Shown piece after piece: positions 22,799 through 36,476 of a stretch of DNA of 64,000 nt. The stretch lies in NCBI GenBank assembly GCA_030704615.1, contig CM060732.1, positions 6,386,001-6,450,000 on the forward strand, read 5' to 3'. Source of the DNA: Takakia lepidozioides (taxonomy: Eukaryota; Plantae; Bryophyta). The notes under the pieces were generated by a model. That model saw only the letters and a program-made list of their open reading frames with translations. It had not been told where the DNA came from and did not search any database. Every line of letters starts with the position of its first letter. Position 1 is the stretch's first letter. Position numbers and translations under genes: made by a program.

Positions 22799-25768
22799 TC
22801 AGTTCCTGTACTTGCTGTATCTCTTGGGGATGTAAGGTGGTGGCATGCCTGTCTGCGAGGTAGGAAGTGCGTCCCAGGATTGTCGTGGTGGCAGCTTCTT
22901 GTTCCTGTTATCGTCACTGTCTGGTTGTTCCTCTGGCTCGTGAGTAGGCCAGCTTTCTTCATCAGGGTGTTTTGCTATCTCGTCTCCACGTACCATATCG
23001 ATTTTGTTGGTCAAGTTTTCGCGGTAGGTTTGCAGCTCCTCCTTAGTCCAGGGTATAATGTGTTTTGTTGCCCTGCTGCCCATTAACCAGTTAACAGTTT
23101 GGACCCCTGTTTCTCTGAAAGGGTGGTCTCTGTCCAATACCAATGGTGAGAAGTGGTCCTTCGCCTGGCGCCATGCTTCAGCATAAAGTGGCCTATTCAT
23201 ATATGCTGGAGTGCCTGTGACTCTCTCTGGTGGCTGGAATTTGGGTAATTCCCAGTGAATATCTTTTTCAATACTCTCATAGCGCTGCTAGCTTCCCCTC
23301 ATTGTCACGAACATGCGGTACAAGTAACTGCCAATATAAAAACTTGGGCATCCCATCACAATGGTTACTGCCGGGGTAGGATTAATCTTCAATTGCCCCA
23401 CTGCCCACATGTAAACTACCAGCTCCTTGTATTCCAGAGGAGCTTGGCGCCAGAATACAACCAATTCTGCCCCTGACCATGTCTCCTCCTTAGCCAATGG
23501 TCTCATCCTATATCTCAGAGGAATAAGAGTTTGATTGAGAAGATGCAATTGACCCAATGATTTGCAGGGAGGTAAGGTTTTGAAAACCTTCTCCAGTATT
23601 TCTGGGATTTGGTGGGCTGATACTACCATCATTTTAAAGTATTCATCTGAATACTTTAACCACTCCCCATCCTGCTTGCATGGCATGATTTGGAAATCAT
23701 CCACTGCTACTGAAGTTGATGCTACCAGGACACTTGGTAGTGTTACAGGGTTTACCTCTTGAGTAGATGGCCCTGCTGTGGCCTGTACCAGTGTCTGTTG
23801 GTTTGGTGGTGGTTGTGTTGCTAGTGGTGTTTGTGTTGATGTTGTTGTTGTTGATTGTATTGGTGTCTCTCGTTCGTGATCTTGCTCCTCTTGATCCTCT
23901 TCGTCCATGAGTTCCTCTTGTTCTGGAATTGGTGGCAGGAACTCCTCATGAATGTCTGTCACCAATTTCACCAACTGGCACTTCATCTGCCTCACCATTG
24001 CCCTGTTGAGTTTCTTCATCTCCAATTCACTCCCTTCATTCAACCAGGCTCTGGCTAAGGCTGCGTCTGCTGCATCCAACTCTGCTTGCAGTGTCAGCTT
24101 CTCCAGCTGCTACTTCCATTCTTGTTCATTGCCCATGGCAATGTCACTTTCTGTGGTGGCGGTAAACAGCCTTCTCTCAACATTCTCCCTTTGCTTCAGC
24201 AGTGCAGTGTTACTGTTGAGCCACTTGGTTCCCTGATCTCTGGCAGTCCTCAGCTGCCCCTTGAGTGTCTCCACCTGCTGCTTTAATGTTTGCACCTGCC
24301 CTGTGAGTGTTTCCACCCCTGTCTCTATTTTCCGAGAGCTCTCTCGCTCTGCATCGAGGTCGGCTTGGACATGGCGTGTTTCGTCTCTCTGTCTTTCCCA
24401 CTTTTGCTCCCACTCATCTCTGCGTTGTGCCAATGTGTTGTATTGGCGGAATAAGGTTGACTTTTGATCTTCTAATGCTTCAATTGTAACCTCATGGTTA
24501 CATACTGTTCTTGCAGTGGCCAATTCCCTCTGGTGCTTCTCTTTGATGTGGTCTAAGATCATGTTCAGGTTTTCCGGGCTGATGTAATCCTTGGTCCTGT
24601 CCATACAAACTGTCAGTTGCCCCAATGCTTGTATTGCCTGCAGAATGACATTTTGTGGTGCTTCCTCCAACCCTGTGTCCCATGCTGTTGTATCTAAAAC
24701 TTGTTGTGCTAGTAGTAATTCCAAATTGGAATTTCTGTCTTGTTGCTGCTGACTCGGTGCCTGTTGTACTATCTGCTGTTGCTGCTGGTCGAGTGCCTGT
24801 TGCACCATCTGCTGTTGTTGCGCCACTATGTCTCCCTCCTCTGATTGTGTGGCCTCTGTGTGTGCTGCTTGCTGTGCTTCGGTGTTGCCATGGCTAATTT
24901 CCATGGGCGTTGCTTCGTTGGTCTGTGGTTTGTTCCCTCCTTCTGGCTGTTGATTCTCCCCTTCTTTCTGTACTGGGGAATCAGCCGTCGAGTTGATGAT
25001 GTCCTCTGCTGCTGCACTTGTGGTTGCTTCGTTGATCCGGGCTCTCTTTGCAAGTCCGCCTTCTTCTTCTTCCTCCTCCATTGTGTCTACTCGTTGCATG
25101 ATTCCCAACGTCGCTTGCTCTTCGGCCGTTAGGTGTACAGTGTGTCGAATCTTCTGGAGTAACAATGGAGTTGTCATGGTAACAGTCGCTTCCTTCTTCT
25201 TTTTTGTCAACCTGGTCAGTTCTTGAGTTAACTTCTTCAATAAGAAGCTTGCCCAATTCACAATTCGCCCATTGAAGCAAATCAACACTTGGTCGATTAG
25301 CTCCTTGGTATAGTAGCTATGGTTTTGCCTGAGGCAAAGCAATGTGCTAAATACCGGGGCTATCTTCCTGAAGCCATGGTTTTTGCTGTGGCTGCATGTG
25401 TAGCCTTGATCTGCTTGGTTGAGATTCTCAAACAAATTTTCAAGTACAAACCTTGAAGGTTTGCCGGTGTGCGGTGGTACGTCCAGACTGGGAAGGTGAA
25501 ATACTTCCACCAAGTACTTGTCTCTCAGCAGGATGTGCGTGTCGTGGACATTTGTGCTCCGAGTGCTGGTGTTGTAATTCTCCAAGAACTCCTTGCATAG
25601 CTCGTCGTGCTTCAGGTTCCAGTCCAGCGTGGTGATGAAGTATCGCAGGCCAAGACTGTCCAACGTCTCCTGTGTCTCTATGTCCTGCTCAATCTTCCGC
25701 AACGCTGGGCTGATTTTGAAATTGACTTACGTATAAGAACTCGGTGCCTTCTGCTTGGTGCCTGCCAT
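22799..25768 (-). pseudogene. Extra ORF downstream of pol (~990 aa when 3 in-frame stops are read through): plant-transposon-protein-like domain, Q-rich region and coiled coil
   Basis: ORFs 25727-, 24110-25702, 23288-24079 and 22799-23200 share one frame, separated only by TAA/TAG/TAG. N-terminal domain: LCKEFLENY...VEVFHLP...GRIVNWASFL. Confidence 0.8.
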
Positions 25769-28700
25769 TTCTCTTAGTCTCGCGGTTGCTGTAAGGAATT
25801 GGAGCACCAATTCCTGTATCACAAGAAGTATGAAGTACACTGGAAGTTGTGTATACATCAATTTCCAGTTTGCGGAAGAGAAGGTGAGGAGTTCGCTCCT
25901 GGGTTTAAGTAGGGGTTCCTCTCTGTAGGTTTGTCCTCTAACTTCTCTCGAGGTTCTCGTGGAGGTAATTCTGTCCTGCTGGTTGCCTAGGTTTAAAGCG
26001 TGGTTAGCTTTAATTGCTAGGCCCAGGCTTACCAAGAAGCATTTAGCCTCAGGTAACGGTTTTGAGAAAACTTCATCCCTTTTGTGCTTGATTTTCTTCC
26101 GTTGGTTTTTTCTTCGTGATTTGTTTTATTTAAAACTGATGGTCGTTGATGATTGTCCAGTTTCGGTCAGTTTATGTTCATCCCTCTGAGCTGTGTTCAT
26201 CCACTTTGGTATGTGGCCCGTTTTTAGATGGGCGGCGTTGGCGCAGTACTTGCAGCTTGGTTTAATGGCTTTGCCCTTATCGTCCGCCGTCTTTTGGCAA
26301 TCCGTTGGATTGCGCCGTCGTTCCGCCTCTGTGTTATGATCGAAGGGTAGTGGTGTATGATTACCACTGTCGGTGGGGTGATCTGAAGCGTACATCTCAG
26401 AATTTAACACAAGCAGTGACTCGTTGGCCGTTTCGTATTCGTTCATTGTTCTGTAGGGCATATATGCTGGCCACGGTTCACCATACGGTATACGGGGTGG
26501 TAATGCTGTCCTCCAGATAAATGGTGGTCTAGCCATCGTGGTGCCCTGAATTCGTGTTGCCACTTGTCTTAGTACATGCTGATTCACCGTGTCGTGATGA
26601 ATATAGTAGGCATTGGTGGTTTCGCGCTCTTCCTCTTCAATTTGATCTTTCTCGTTGGCGTATAAATCATGTATAAGGGTTTTGTCATGTATTCCCTGGT
26701 AGCCTTTTAACTTGTTAATATTAATTCGTCCCACGAATTCTTGTTCCAAGGTTTGCAAATCAACAGTTCCATTGTCATGTACCCTTTTGATTTGAAATGG
26801 TCCCATCCATGGCATTTTCAATTTTCCGCCCAGTTTGATCTTCTTGATTTTTGGTAACCATAATACAATATCCCCGTCCTGGAAAGATTTCTCTTTCCCT
26901 TCGGATATTCTTTTCCTTCGTTGTTCCTAGATCCGTGCCATATTATCTGCGGCATTTGTTCGAACTTCTTCCAGATGGAATAATTCATATTCCCTGACTT
27001 GTAATGATTCTTCTAAGCCCCATCGTTCATGAGTTCCGGTTTGTAGTGTGGGTATCATACATTCAATGGGTAATAGTGCCTCTGCTCCATACACCAGTTG
27101 AAATGGTGTATGCTTCGTGGTCACCTTGTATGATGTCATGAATGCCCATAGTGATGTGTTCAATTTGGTGTCCCAATCTGTACGATTGGCATTTACTATC
27201 TTGGTTAAGATAGTGCATAATATTTTGTTGGTAGATTCGGCCTGACCGTTTCCTTGAGGATAGTAAGCAGTACTTTTGTGATGTACAATCATGAACTCCT
27301 CCGTCAAGCATTTTATAGCATCATTTGTGAAGTGTGATCCCTGATCACTGACGAATTCCAGTGGGCAACCAAATCGTGTGATGATGTTTTCATATAAGAA
27401 TTTGGCTGTTGATCTGGCAATGTTGTCTCTTAGTGCCTTGACATCTACCCATTTGGTAGTGTAGTCAGTGGCTGTGAGGATGTATTGGTTTTGTGTGTAC
27501 CTTGCTGGAGGCTTAATGGGTCCCACGAAGTCTAGCCCCCAGCGCTGGAATGGTTATGTTGGTAGTATTGGGTGCAGAGTCCCCTTCCCCGTTCGTTCTA
27601 CTGGTCCCATCCTCTGGCAGACATCACACTGTTGACAGTGTTCATAAGTATCTCCAAATATAGTAGGCCACCAGTAGCCTGCTAGTAATATTTTCTTTGC
27701 TGTCAGGTCCGAACTGAAGTGTCCACCTGCAATTCCTTCGTGTAGTTCTTGCATTACTGTTTTGGCTTGGTCTTTGTTTACACATCTTCTCATTATGGAG
27801 TCAATTCCTCTTTTGTACAAAATCCCTTTGATTAATGTGTATGGCTTGCTTTTCATTGAAAGCTTCCTCATGTCATCTTTGGTGTAACCTTCAGGAAATT
27901 TCCCTGTGTTCAGATAGTATTTGATTGGCCATTACCAATCATCTTGATTTTGATCCTGAATATCTTCTGATTCTTCTTTGGTGACTGTATAAGCTCCAAT
28001 ACTGATATTGGCTAATTCTTGATTGTTTGTTTCTTTGTTTTCCTTGTCATCTTCTTCTTGTGGATTTGGCTCTTCTTCAATAATAAGTCCTTCATCAAGA
28101 GGTTCATCTTCATCGGATGAATCTTCATCTTCATCCGTGTCGTCCATGAGTTTGAGAGCATCTGGAAGGTCATAGTTTCCTTGAAACATTCCCAGAGCAT
28201 TTATAGGATCTGTCCCTTCATCTGGTGCTTCTGGTTGAACAACAAACAGAAATGCATCGGGAAGTTGATCCTCTACCCCCGTGGTTGTTTCTCCTGTAGT
28301 AATCCTTGACAGATGATCTGCTGTAACATGTAATCTCCCTGGTTTATGAACAACTTCAAAGTCATACTCATGAAGAAGTAATAACCATCGAACAACCCTG
28401 CCACTAGCTAGTGGTCGATTTGCTAGATGAACTAGAGTCTGATGATCAACAATAAACTTAAAGCGATTGCCAAGTAAATAATGCCGAAATTTTTGAACAG
28501 CATAAATCATTGCCAATGCTTCCCTTTCTGTGGTGCTATAGTTCTTTTTTGCTGCTGTCAACAATCTGCTTGCATAGTAGATTGGTGAATCTATTGTGCC
28601 TGTCACATTCTGAGCTAGAACCGCTCCCAAAGCAATGCCTGATGCATCACTGTGTACATGCAATGGTAAATCCCATCTTGGATTTATCAGAATTGGTGCT

Positions 28701-31700
28701 GCTGTGAGTGCCTTTTTTAGTGAATCAAATGATTCCTGGCAAGCTGGAGACCATCGATATTCGGCATCTTGCTTCAGCAGTCTATAGACTGGTGCCGCTC
28801 TGAGAGCATATTTGTCCATGTACCTTCTGTAATAGCTCGTCTGTCCCAGAAATCTCTTGAGTTTCTTGGGATTTTCTGGTGGTGGTATTTTCTGGATAAC
28901 CTCCACTTTCTTTGGATCTACCAGAATTCCTTAAACAATATCCAGAAAGTGCAACACGGCAGGAGAAAAAGAGCTTACACCAGGAAGTAATTAAAACCAT
29001 AGCTCAAATGCAAGAGGGAACCCATATACCTTCTGGAGAGCCAACTCCAGATAAGCAAATCAGACCAACAGTGAAGACCATGAATACAACCACGGAAACA
29101 GAATTGGCCAAAATAATCTGCCAGACCAAGACCCAAATTACCATTGGACAATTATTAAAAATTGCTCCACACTGCAAGAAAACTTTATTTCGGGCGATCG
29201 AGGCATTGACCCCACACCAAAACAAAAACCAACACCAGAGGTTTACACGATTAAACCCACAGCTATACGACAAACTCCAGATTACGACGAAGCAGTACCT
29301 GTAATACAAGTATGTATTGGACGGAAGATAGTAACAAATGTACTCATCGATGGAGGATCAGGAGTGAATATCATGACAGAAAAGATGAAGAAATCATTAG
29401 GATTGGGGCACATGGAACCTGCTCCATTCACGGTACGAATGGCTGAGCAACAAAAAGTGCAGCCATTGGGGATCATCAGACGACTTGCAATGGAAGTAGC
29501 AGGACTGGTATACGAAATATCAGTAACCATTCTCAGAATGGAGGATGTGGCAGAGGGATATTCACTACTACTTGGCCGACCATGGTTAACACAAGCCCAA
29601 TCACACCACGATTGGGGAAGTCAGACTCTCACAATCAAAAAGGGAGCAGAACAAGTCACCATCACGACGAAGCAACGAGGTACCATTCCACGAGAGAAAC
29701 GACCTTGCATAGTGGAAGAATATGATTAGTCCAATGGACTGTCGGATGAAGAAGAAGCCATAGTATACGCAACACATCCTCAGTTGGAACCTATTGGACA
29801 ACTGGTGGTCAAGCATACCACAACAGTAGGATGTCACATGGTGAACACCCAAGGAGAACCAAATACTTCGAGAACTGAAGATCCAGAGGAAGAAGCGATG
29901 GACACACACCTCAACACCCGGCCCGGTTCTATCAAGAAAGGGAAGAAGACATTCAAATCAGTGAAGTACCTGCCACAATTGCAACCATCGGACAAGAGAT
30001 TGCAGGATGGACAGTAATGGAAGAAACTCAATTGATTCAAGTGAATCTGGGAACAGTGGAAGAACCACAGATAATACGAGTAAGTGCAGGTCTTGAAGAA
30101 TCATTTCTACAAGAAGCCACCGCATTATTCACTGAATACAAGGATGTATTTGCCTGGAACTACAAGGATTTGAAGGGTATACCTTCTAACATCTGTCAGC
30201 ACCGAATTGAATTGGAAGTTGACACAAAACCAATTCGTCAGAACCGTTACAGAATGAACCCCAACTATGCAGCTAAAGTTTGGGAAGAAATCAAGAAGTT
30301 ACTGGATGCAGGATTCATATACCTAGTAGAGACACCAAAATGGTTATCGCCCATTGTGATAGTACCCAAGAAAAATGGAAAACTACGAGTGTGTGTGGAC
30401 TACCGCAAGTTAAACGCAGGAACCAAGAAAGACCCTTTTCCACTACCTTTCACTGAAATAGTGTTGGACACAGTGGCTGGACATGAAATGTACTCATTCA
30501 TGGATGGGTTTAGTGGGTACAACCAGGTACAGATGGCAGAAGAAGACCGAGAAAAGACCGCATTCATCACTAAATGGGGAGCATATGCTTACAAAGTCAT
30601 GCCATTTGGACTTTGCAATGCACCAGCCACATTTCAACGAGCAGTACCTGAGATATTCAAGAACTATCTCAATGATTTTATGCATGTATTTTTGGATGAT
30701 TTCAGTGTCTTTGGACAGAAATCCAAACATTTGGCACAGTTAAAACTTTGCCTACAAGCCTGCAGAAACAATGGAATAAGTCTCAACCCGGAAAAATGTA
30801 CATTCTGTGTGAATTCAGGATTTATTGGGACACATTGTGTGGGTTACCACACTTACGGCTACACTTGGTCCGGCTTCCATATTTCCCACTTCTGCCTCAT
30901 GCTTGATTCGCAACTGACATTCATGTTTCCAGTGTCCCTCTTTCTTGCAATAGTGGCATCTCGTGCTTTCTTTGTTTCTGGGTTGATGTTCCCTATCCCT
31001 TGGTGGATATTCATTTCGTGGTCTCTGATAACGATTACCCATGTTGTATCGTCTTGGTTCGTCCGATCCTTCCCGTCGGATTTGGACTTGGTGTACCCCC
31101 ACCTCTCGTGTGTACCCAGTCTTCTTGGCCCGTTGGTTGTAAATACAATGGCTGGTATTATGATTGTTCATATGACAAATTTCACAGTATTTGTCCTTCA
31201 TATGGCATTCCGTTGCCAGGTGTCGTGCAGTCCCGCATTTGTGACACCATGTTGCCTTTCGTGGCCCTTCATCTTTAAAATTCTTGATAGCATTTGCTAT
31301 CTTCTGATCCAAGGTGGTTTTGTCAATCACTTCTTTCTTCTTTTGCTTGGGCTTTTCTTCATCATCAGAGTCTTCTTCTTCCAAGAGATCCTTGGAATCT
31401 TTGTTTCTGCTATGATGGAATCCCAATTCCAACTTCTTTGCAGTCCCTACTGCTTCAGCCAAAGTGTTGTTAGGCATGACTGTAACCATGGTTACGTATT
31501 CAGGACGAAGTCTATTGATGAACCATGATTTTTGCAAATCATCCCTTGGTGCTTGAGGTAGTTTCCTGATCAGAGTCTTCATTCTCTCCAGGTAGTCGAC
31601 TACCAATTCTTTCTTTTTCTGTCTTAGGTTCTGTAATCCTGTGAAGATTTCAGACGTGGATTTGTTGGATCTATATCTTTCTTGAAACGCGGCTCTCATA

Positions 31701-33079
31701 TCCGCCCAATTCGCAAAGTGATTGGCTGGGAAAGTTGCCAACCATTCAATGCCTTTTCGGGCCATTGAACAAGGAAAAGTCGGATCTTCTCTTGGTCTGT
31801 TGCTTCATTGTAAATGGTGCACATGTTTTCAAATTGATTAAGATGGATATCTGGATCAGATTTCCCATCATATAAAGGAAATGGTGGTCTGGTTTTGCTT
31901 GTTGCTAAAGCCATCGGTGTAGCTGGTGCAACTGGTGCTGCCAGTGCAACTGGTTGTCCAAACTGGGATGGTCTCGCTGCTGCTGGCTGTGGCGGTGTTG
32001 GTGTTTGTCTTCCAAACAGTGATTTAAAGCTAGGAGGTCCTTGTCCCAATGATAGTCGTCTCCCAGCTGCTGTCCCTACTAAGCTTAATGAATCTTTAAA
32101 AGCTTTGAGTGCAGTTCTGGTTATCCTTTCTGGAGAAGTGCTTTCACTTCTTTCACCTTCTTCACTCAAAATGTTCTCAAATCTTTCTTCTAATATTTCA
32201 GCAAAACCTCTATTTGGGCTTGTTACTGTAGAAGGTCTTTCAGATCTTTCTTGTGGTAACCATTCACCAAGTACATTATTGGCAACTTCTTCTGGTGTAG
32301 TGTTCCCCACTTCCCACCAATCCGATTTCCTAATCTTCTTCTCGTTTATCACTGTTTGATGTCTCACCTTGAATAATTTTCAAGTTCTGCAATTCTGGGA
32401 ACTCTTCTCTTAACCGAGCCTCCCTTTCTGCAGCATATTTCTCTATTCGTTCAGCTCTGTCTTGTTTAGCTTTTTCTTTAATTTCCTCATTCATTCCCAC
32501 ATCATATGTAGAATTCCTTTTCAGTACCCTTTAAAACAGTCTTGGTATGTCAGTAAAGAAATTTTTTAGTGTCTCTACCCTTTCTTCAAGACTCATCCTA
32601 TCTTGCAAGAATCCGTATTACAATTTAATTTTCCTTTTTACTGATTGATCACCAAACTTTTTAATGGGCACAATAATACCATCTGTCTTTTTCAGTGTAT
32701 CTGACTTGCAATAAATCTTTGGGTATCCAGTACTCCACTGCTTCTATGATCGTGTGACAATATTCACAATTTGAACATCCTTCTCTGAAAATATAACTAG
32801 TGTAACAAACTTTTCTGATTGGGATTAGAGTAATCAATAGAGCTAGACGAGACAACCACTCTTCACTTCTAATCCTACATTCCCAAGGTGCTCGTGTAAT
32901 ACTGATCACTCCTCCCTTCAATCCCCATTTGTCATCTTCTTTCATGACTGACAGAAAGATTTTCTATTGTATTGCTCTTGGTAAACCATGAAAATTTTCC
33001 AAGAATGTTTTCTATTCCTTTGCTTCTGTTGACTCGTTCTGTCGTGATTTCAAGAAATCACTGAGTAACCATTGATCAG

Positions 33080-33494
33080 TGATACTCATACTGCACACCC
33101 TCTAAGTTGCGTGCAGTCTTTTTATACTATGCTTGAAAGAGCCGTTACAGCTTGCGGTCGTTAATGACCGTTTGCCTAACTGCCTACGCAACCTAAAAGG
33201 TTTGCTAAAAAGTGGCTCGTTGTAGTGGTCGTGAGCCATAGTGGTAAACGGTCCACTACTCCCTCTATTGGTTAAAGCCGATGCTATCGTGACCGTGTGA
33301 TATCGTGGTTCACGGCTCGCGGTTACTACACTACCCCTTACTGCTCTCGTGGTAATGTACCCTTGTCTCACCATTGGCTAAGTATCGCGTACTTAGCCGT
33401 CTCTTCCTGTGGCTCAGGTAGTGTACGTCCATCACTACCCAGTATGTCCTGTTGCGACCGTCATTGTCTGTCCCTCGTAGCATAGCCGTTATCA
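33080..33494 (-). repeat. 5' LTR
   Basis: Partner of 22339-22753. Confidence 0.93.
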
Positions 33495-33499
33495 CCCAC

Positions 33500-36476
33500 C
33501 ATTAATAGACCAGCAAATTTCAGGGCCCTGTGGCAAATGACGTACTTGCAGATTGTCCAACAAGGGTCACAATTTCAACTTCCCCTTCGACCCATGAGTA
33601 TGAGTATGAGCAACACGGGTCGTCTTCGCAATTGAGATCCTTTCTGCAACAGGCTTCTTCTTGCTTGTTCTCCTTGATGGGGAACCCCCCTTTGAAGCCT
33701 TATGCTTGGACTCCCCCTTAGATGACAGTTGACCCTTATTCGCATTGTGCTCTTTTGAACTGGATTTCTTCTTTTTGGGTGGTCCTTCTAGAAAGTCCCC
33801 ACTCTGCACCTCATGATCTAAACGCTTTACCAATTTTTTTATTCTTCACAGGTAATAATACTTCTTCTAGGTCCCCAGTATCTTCCACATCATCCTCAGC
33901 TTCACTTTCAGTGGAGTCCTTCTCCTCATGGGGCTGGTCACTTTCCTCATCACTACTATCTTCAGACTTAGAAATTGACACTTGTGTCACATTGACAGGT
34001 TTGCTACAGTGGTCTTGATCTTTCCCACCTGCAATATTATCATCTCTCAACATATAACTGTTACCTGCCCTCTTCTGTCTCTCTCTATTTGGGCTTGTAA
34101 ACTCACCTTCAGGTGCCTCACGGTTGGGTGGGGATTTAAATTGTTTGCTACCCACACTAGGAGTAACGCCAGGGTTATAATTCTGTAAGCTTGGCGGTAT
34201 GCGGGTGATAGCCGTTTTCACAACACTAGGATGTGTTCCTGAGAAAGAAATGGAGGCTCGTTCAGGGTGCTACTCCACATAAAACCCTGTACCCAACCTT
34301 GAATTATGGACTTATTCGCAATTAGCAAGACATAGACACGCACATGGACTATACAATGGAGTACAAATGGACTTACATGTAGTTGCCTGATGGGAATTGG
34401 ACTAAAAGGACTAGTATGAAAACTGATGGACTGTTCGTATGGATTAAAAGTACTCGTATGGACAAAATGTGAGACTAACACACTCAATTGTAATATGAAA
34501 GTACTGTCATAGTACTCACATGGACATTCTATGGAGTTAAATGACAAAATGTGAGACTAACACACTCGGTTGTAATAAGAAAGTACTGTCATAGTACTCA
34601 CATGGACATTCTATGGAGTTAAATAGAGAACCTATGAAGGCAAAGAACTCTAACATATGTTTCAAAGACCTCTATGGACTGTTGCTAGACTTCTTGTATT
34701 TCATGTACTCATATGGACAATAGATGGCAAGCAAGTTCTAAGTTTACACTAACATCAGTCCTAAATGTAGCAACACTAACAGTTGATGTAAGATAAGTAC
34801 TAAGGCTCTCTTTACCTAGAGTTTTGCAGAATCTGTAGTCTATTTCAAGTGGATATTTGGGACTAAAGGGAGTAAAAAGAAGCACAATGGCAGTTCTGGA
34901 CCCTAGACTAGAGGACTCACCAAAGTATAGTTTCAAGAATAGTTTTGGGACTCACCTGGAGTGGTGCAATCTTCAGGTGTGCGCTGTTGATGCTGATCTC
35001 CTTCATTACTTCCAGTACCCGGCTTCTGGATGCCAGCACAGACCCACCAACCTTCCTGCATTTCCTCTTCACATAATCGCTCGATACATTTAGTTGAACG
35101 AGTAAAGTGGACATTTCCGCACCAAGGGTGGTAAACATGTTTACATGAAGCTATCATCCCTGCCCACACCGGTTCAAATCCCAGCCCACAAAAGGACAAT
35201 GTTCAACCCACAAGCTGCTTGGTAAACTTGCTCCGTTTCTCATGATTGATGTAGATGGAAGAGGTAAACATAAAGAATATTTGGCGAGCCCCTTCTGCAC
35301 CTTTCTTGTAAGTGAAATTGCGGCTTCATGGTGGCGTTTAGCCAATGTGACTTTATCTTCCAGAGCATACAATCTTCCGCCTACGACTTCCGAGTCATGA
35401 TTGACACGCTCATTCTCTTCCTTACCTTAACTAGCAAGTGCTTGGAAAGCGTCGACTACGCTCCCTGTGAATCTATCTTTTTCTGCAACACATCTCTCGA
35501 TACAGATGCCTCCTCACATTTCAGACTCTCTAACTCAGCAAGCAAGGATGTCAGGCAATTTTGGGCTCCTGTCAAATGGTTATTTCGATCCTCCATTTGG
35601 CTCTGTGCTCGCATGCATGCCATCACAGTGTCTTCCTTAAGTTGCTTGGTCAACAGTATCTTCTCATGGGCCTCCTCTAGCATCTTCTGTGCAAAAGCGA
35701 CATATTGTTGACGCTCTTCTGGCACAACAGCTGCATAAAGAAAGCGTACACATGCAATATTAGACCATCTTCTGTCACACATTAAACCCTAAACACCTTC
35801 ATTGACGTGAAAGAACGAGAAGCGAGTTTTTGCCAAAATGTAGGTCCAGACACTAAATCGTAGTACCTGCATTGCTTTTAGTTTTCCCATTGTTGTCATG
35901 TCCTTGCTCTTCCACTTTGAAGTCCACCTCTTCACCTACACTTAGCATTGACAGGGCCTCAGACATTGCCTTACGTCGTCGCTGCTCAACATTCGTCCAC
36001 TCTCCATAGAGAGCCCAGTTCATCTTCTTTCCTTGTTGCTCACATGTAATTCCTCTAGCCATACCCAGTGAAATCAGTCGTGAAGATGGAACATATGCCT
36101 TCTGGTGTAGTATCATCCACAGTTTTTCTACTCTCGCTATCAACCTTTGGTCATTACTGTGAATGTAACTATGTCCGTTTTTGTTGATGACTAGCCCAAA
36201 CAGTTTTTTGACGTCTTCTGAGCTAACATCTCTAGGCACCCTGACACGTTTAGGACTCAACCCTTCAGTGCACAGCCCATACTTCTCTGCGAAAGATTTC
36301 CTAGTTAGAGAGCCGCCATCGCCCAACTCAGGAACCGTTCCATAAAGAGGCGTTGAGAAACCAGGCCGCAAGCCCTTTCCGTGATATTCCCCCTCTTGCT
36401 TCACTTTGCGTAAAATGTCAGATCTCACAGTGGGGTCAACATTAGTATCCATTTTGTATTCTAAGAGGTCAAACAT
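33500..36476 (-). pseudogene. Spliced, decayed, probably TE-associated gene: 'NWA' plant-transposon-like domain, coiled coil, RING-H2-like finger and acidic/basic tail
   Basis: 35853-36476 ...GITCEQQGKKMNWALYGEW; coiled coil at 35300-35710; CPFC...CKHVYHPWC...CIERLC at ~35070-35200 (frameshift near 35195); D/E- and K-rich segments at 33560-34220. Confidence 0.55.
34461..34624. repeat. 82-bp tandem duplication within an ATGGAC-rich intron-like tract
   Basis: GACAAAATGTGAGACTAACACACTC...CTATGGAGTTAAAT occurs twice. Confidence 0.85.

Larger units (their letters stand above)
22339..33494 (-). mobile_element. Full-length but decayed non-chromovirus Ty3/gypsy retrotransposon (11.2 kb), with an internal inversion and a long extra ORF
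   Basis: Two 415-bp LTRs (TGATA...TATCA); PPT at ~22758-22774; gag 32367-30841 with CCHC knuckles; protease VLIDGGSGVN and RT (FLDD, DGFSGYNQ) on + at ~28935-30840; RT-RNase H 28935-27932; integrase 27930-26700 (SDQGSHF, NGQAE, WMGPF). No clean TSD. Confidence 0.95.

Noticed and set aside
30017-31528. RT fused to a hydrophobic, membrane-like C-terminus (503 aa)
   Set aside because: Artefact of the inversion: beyond ~30840 it reads the antisense strand of gag.
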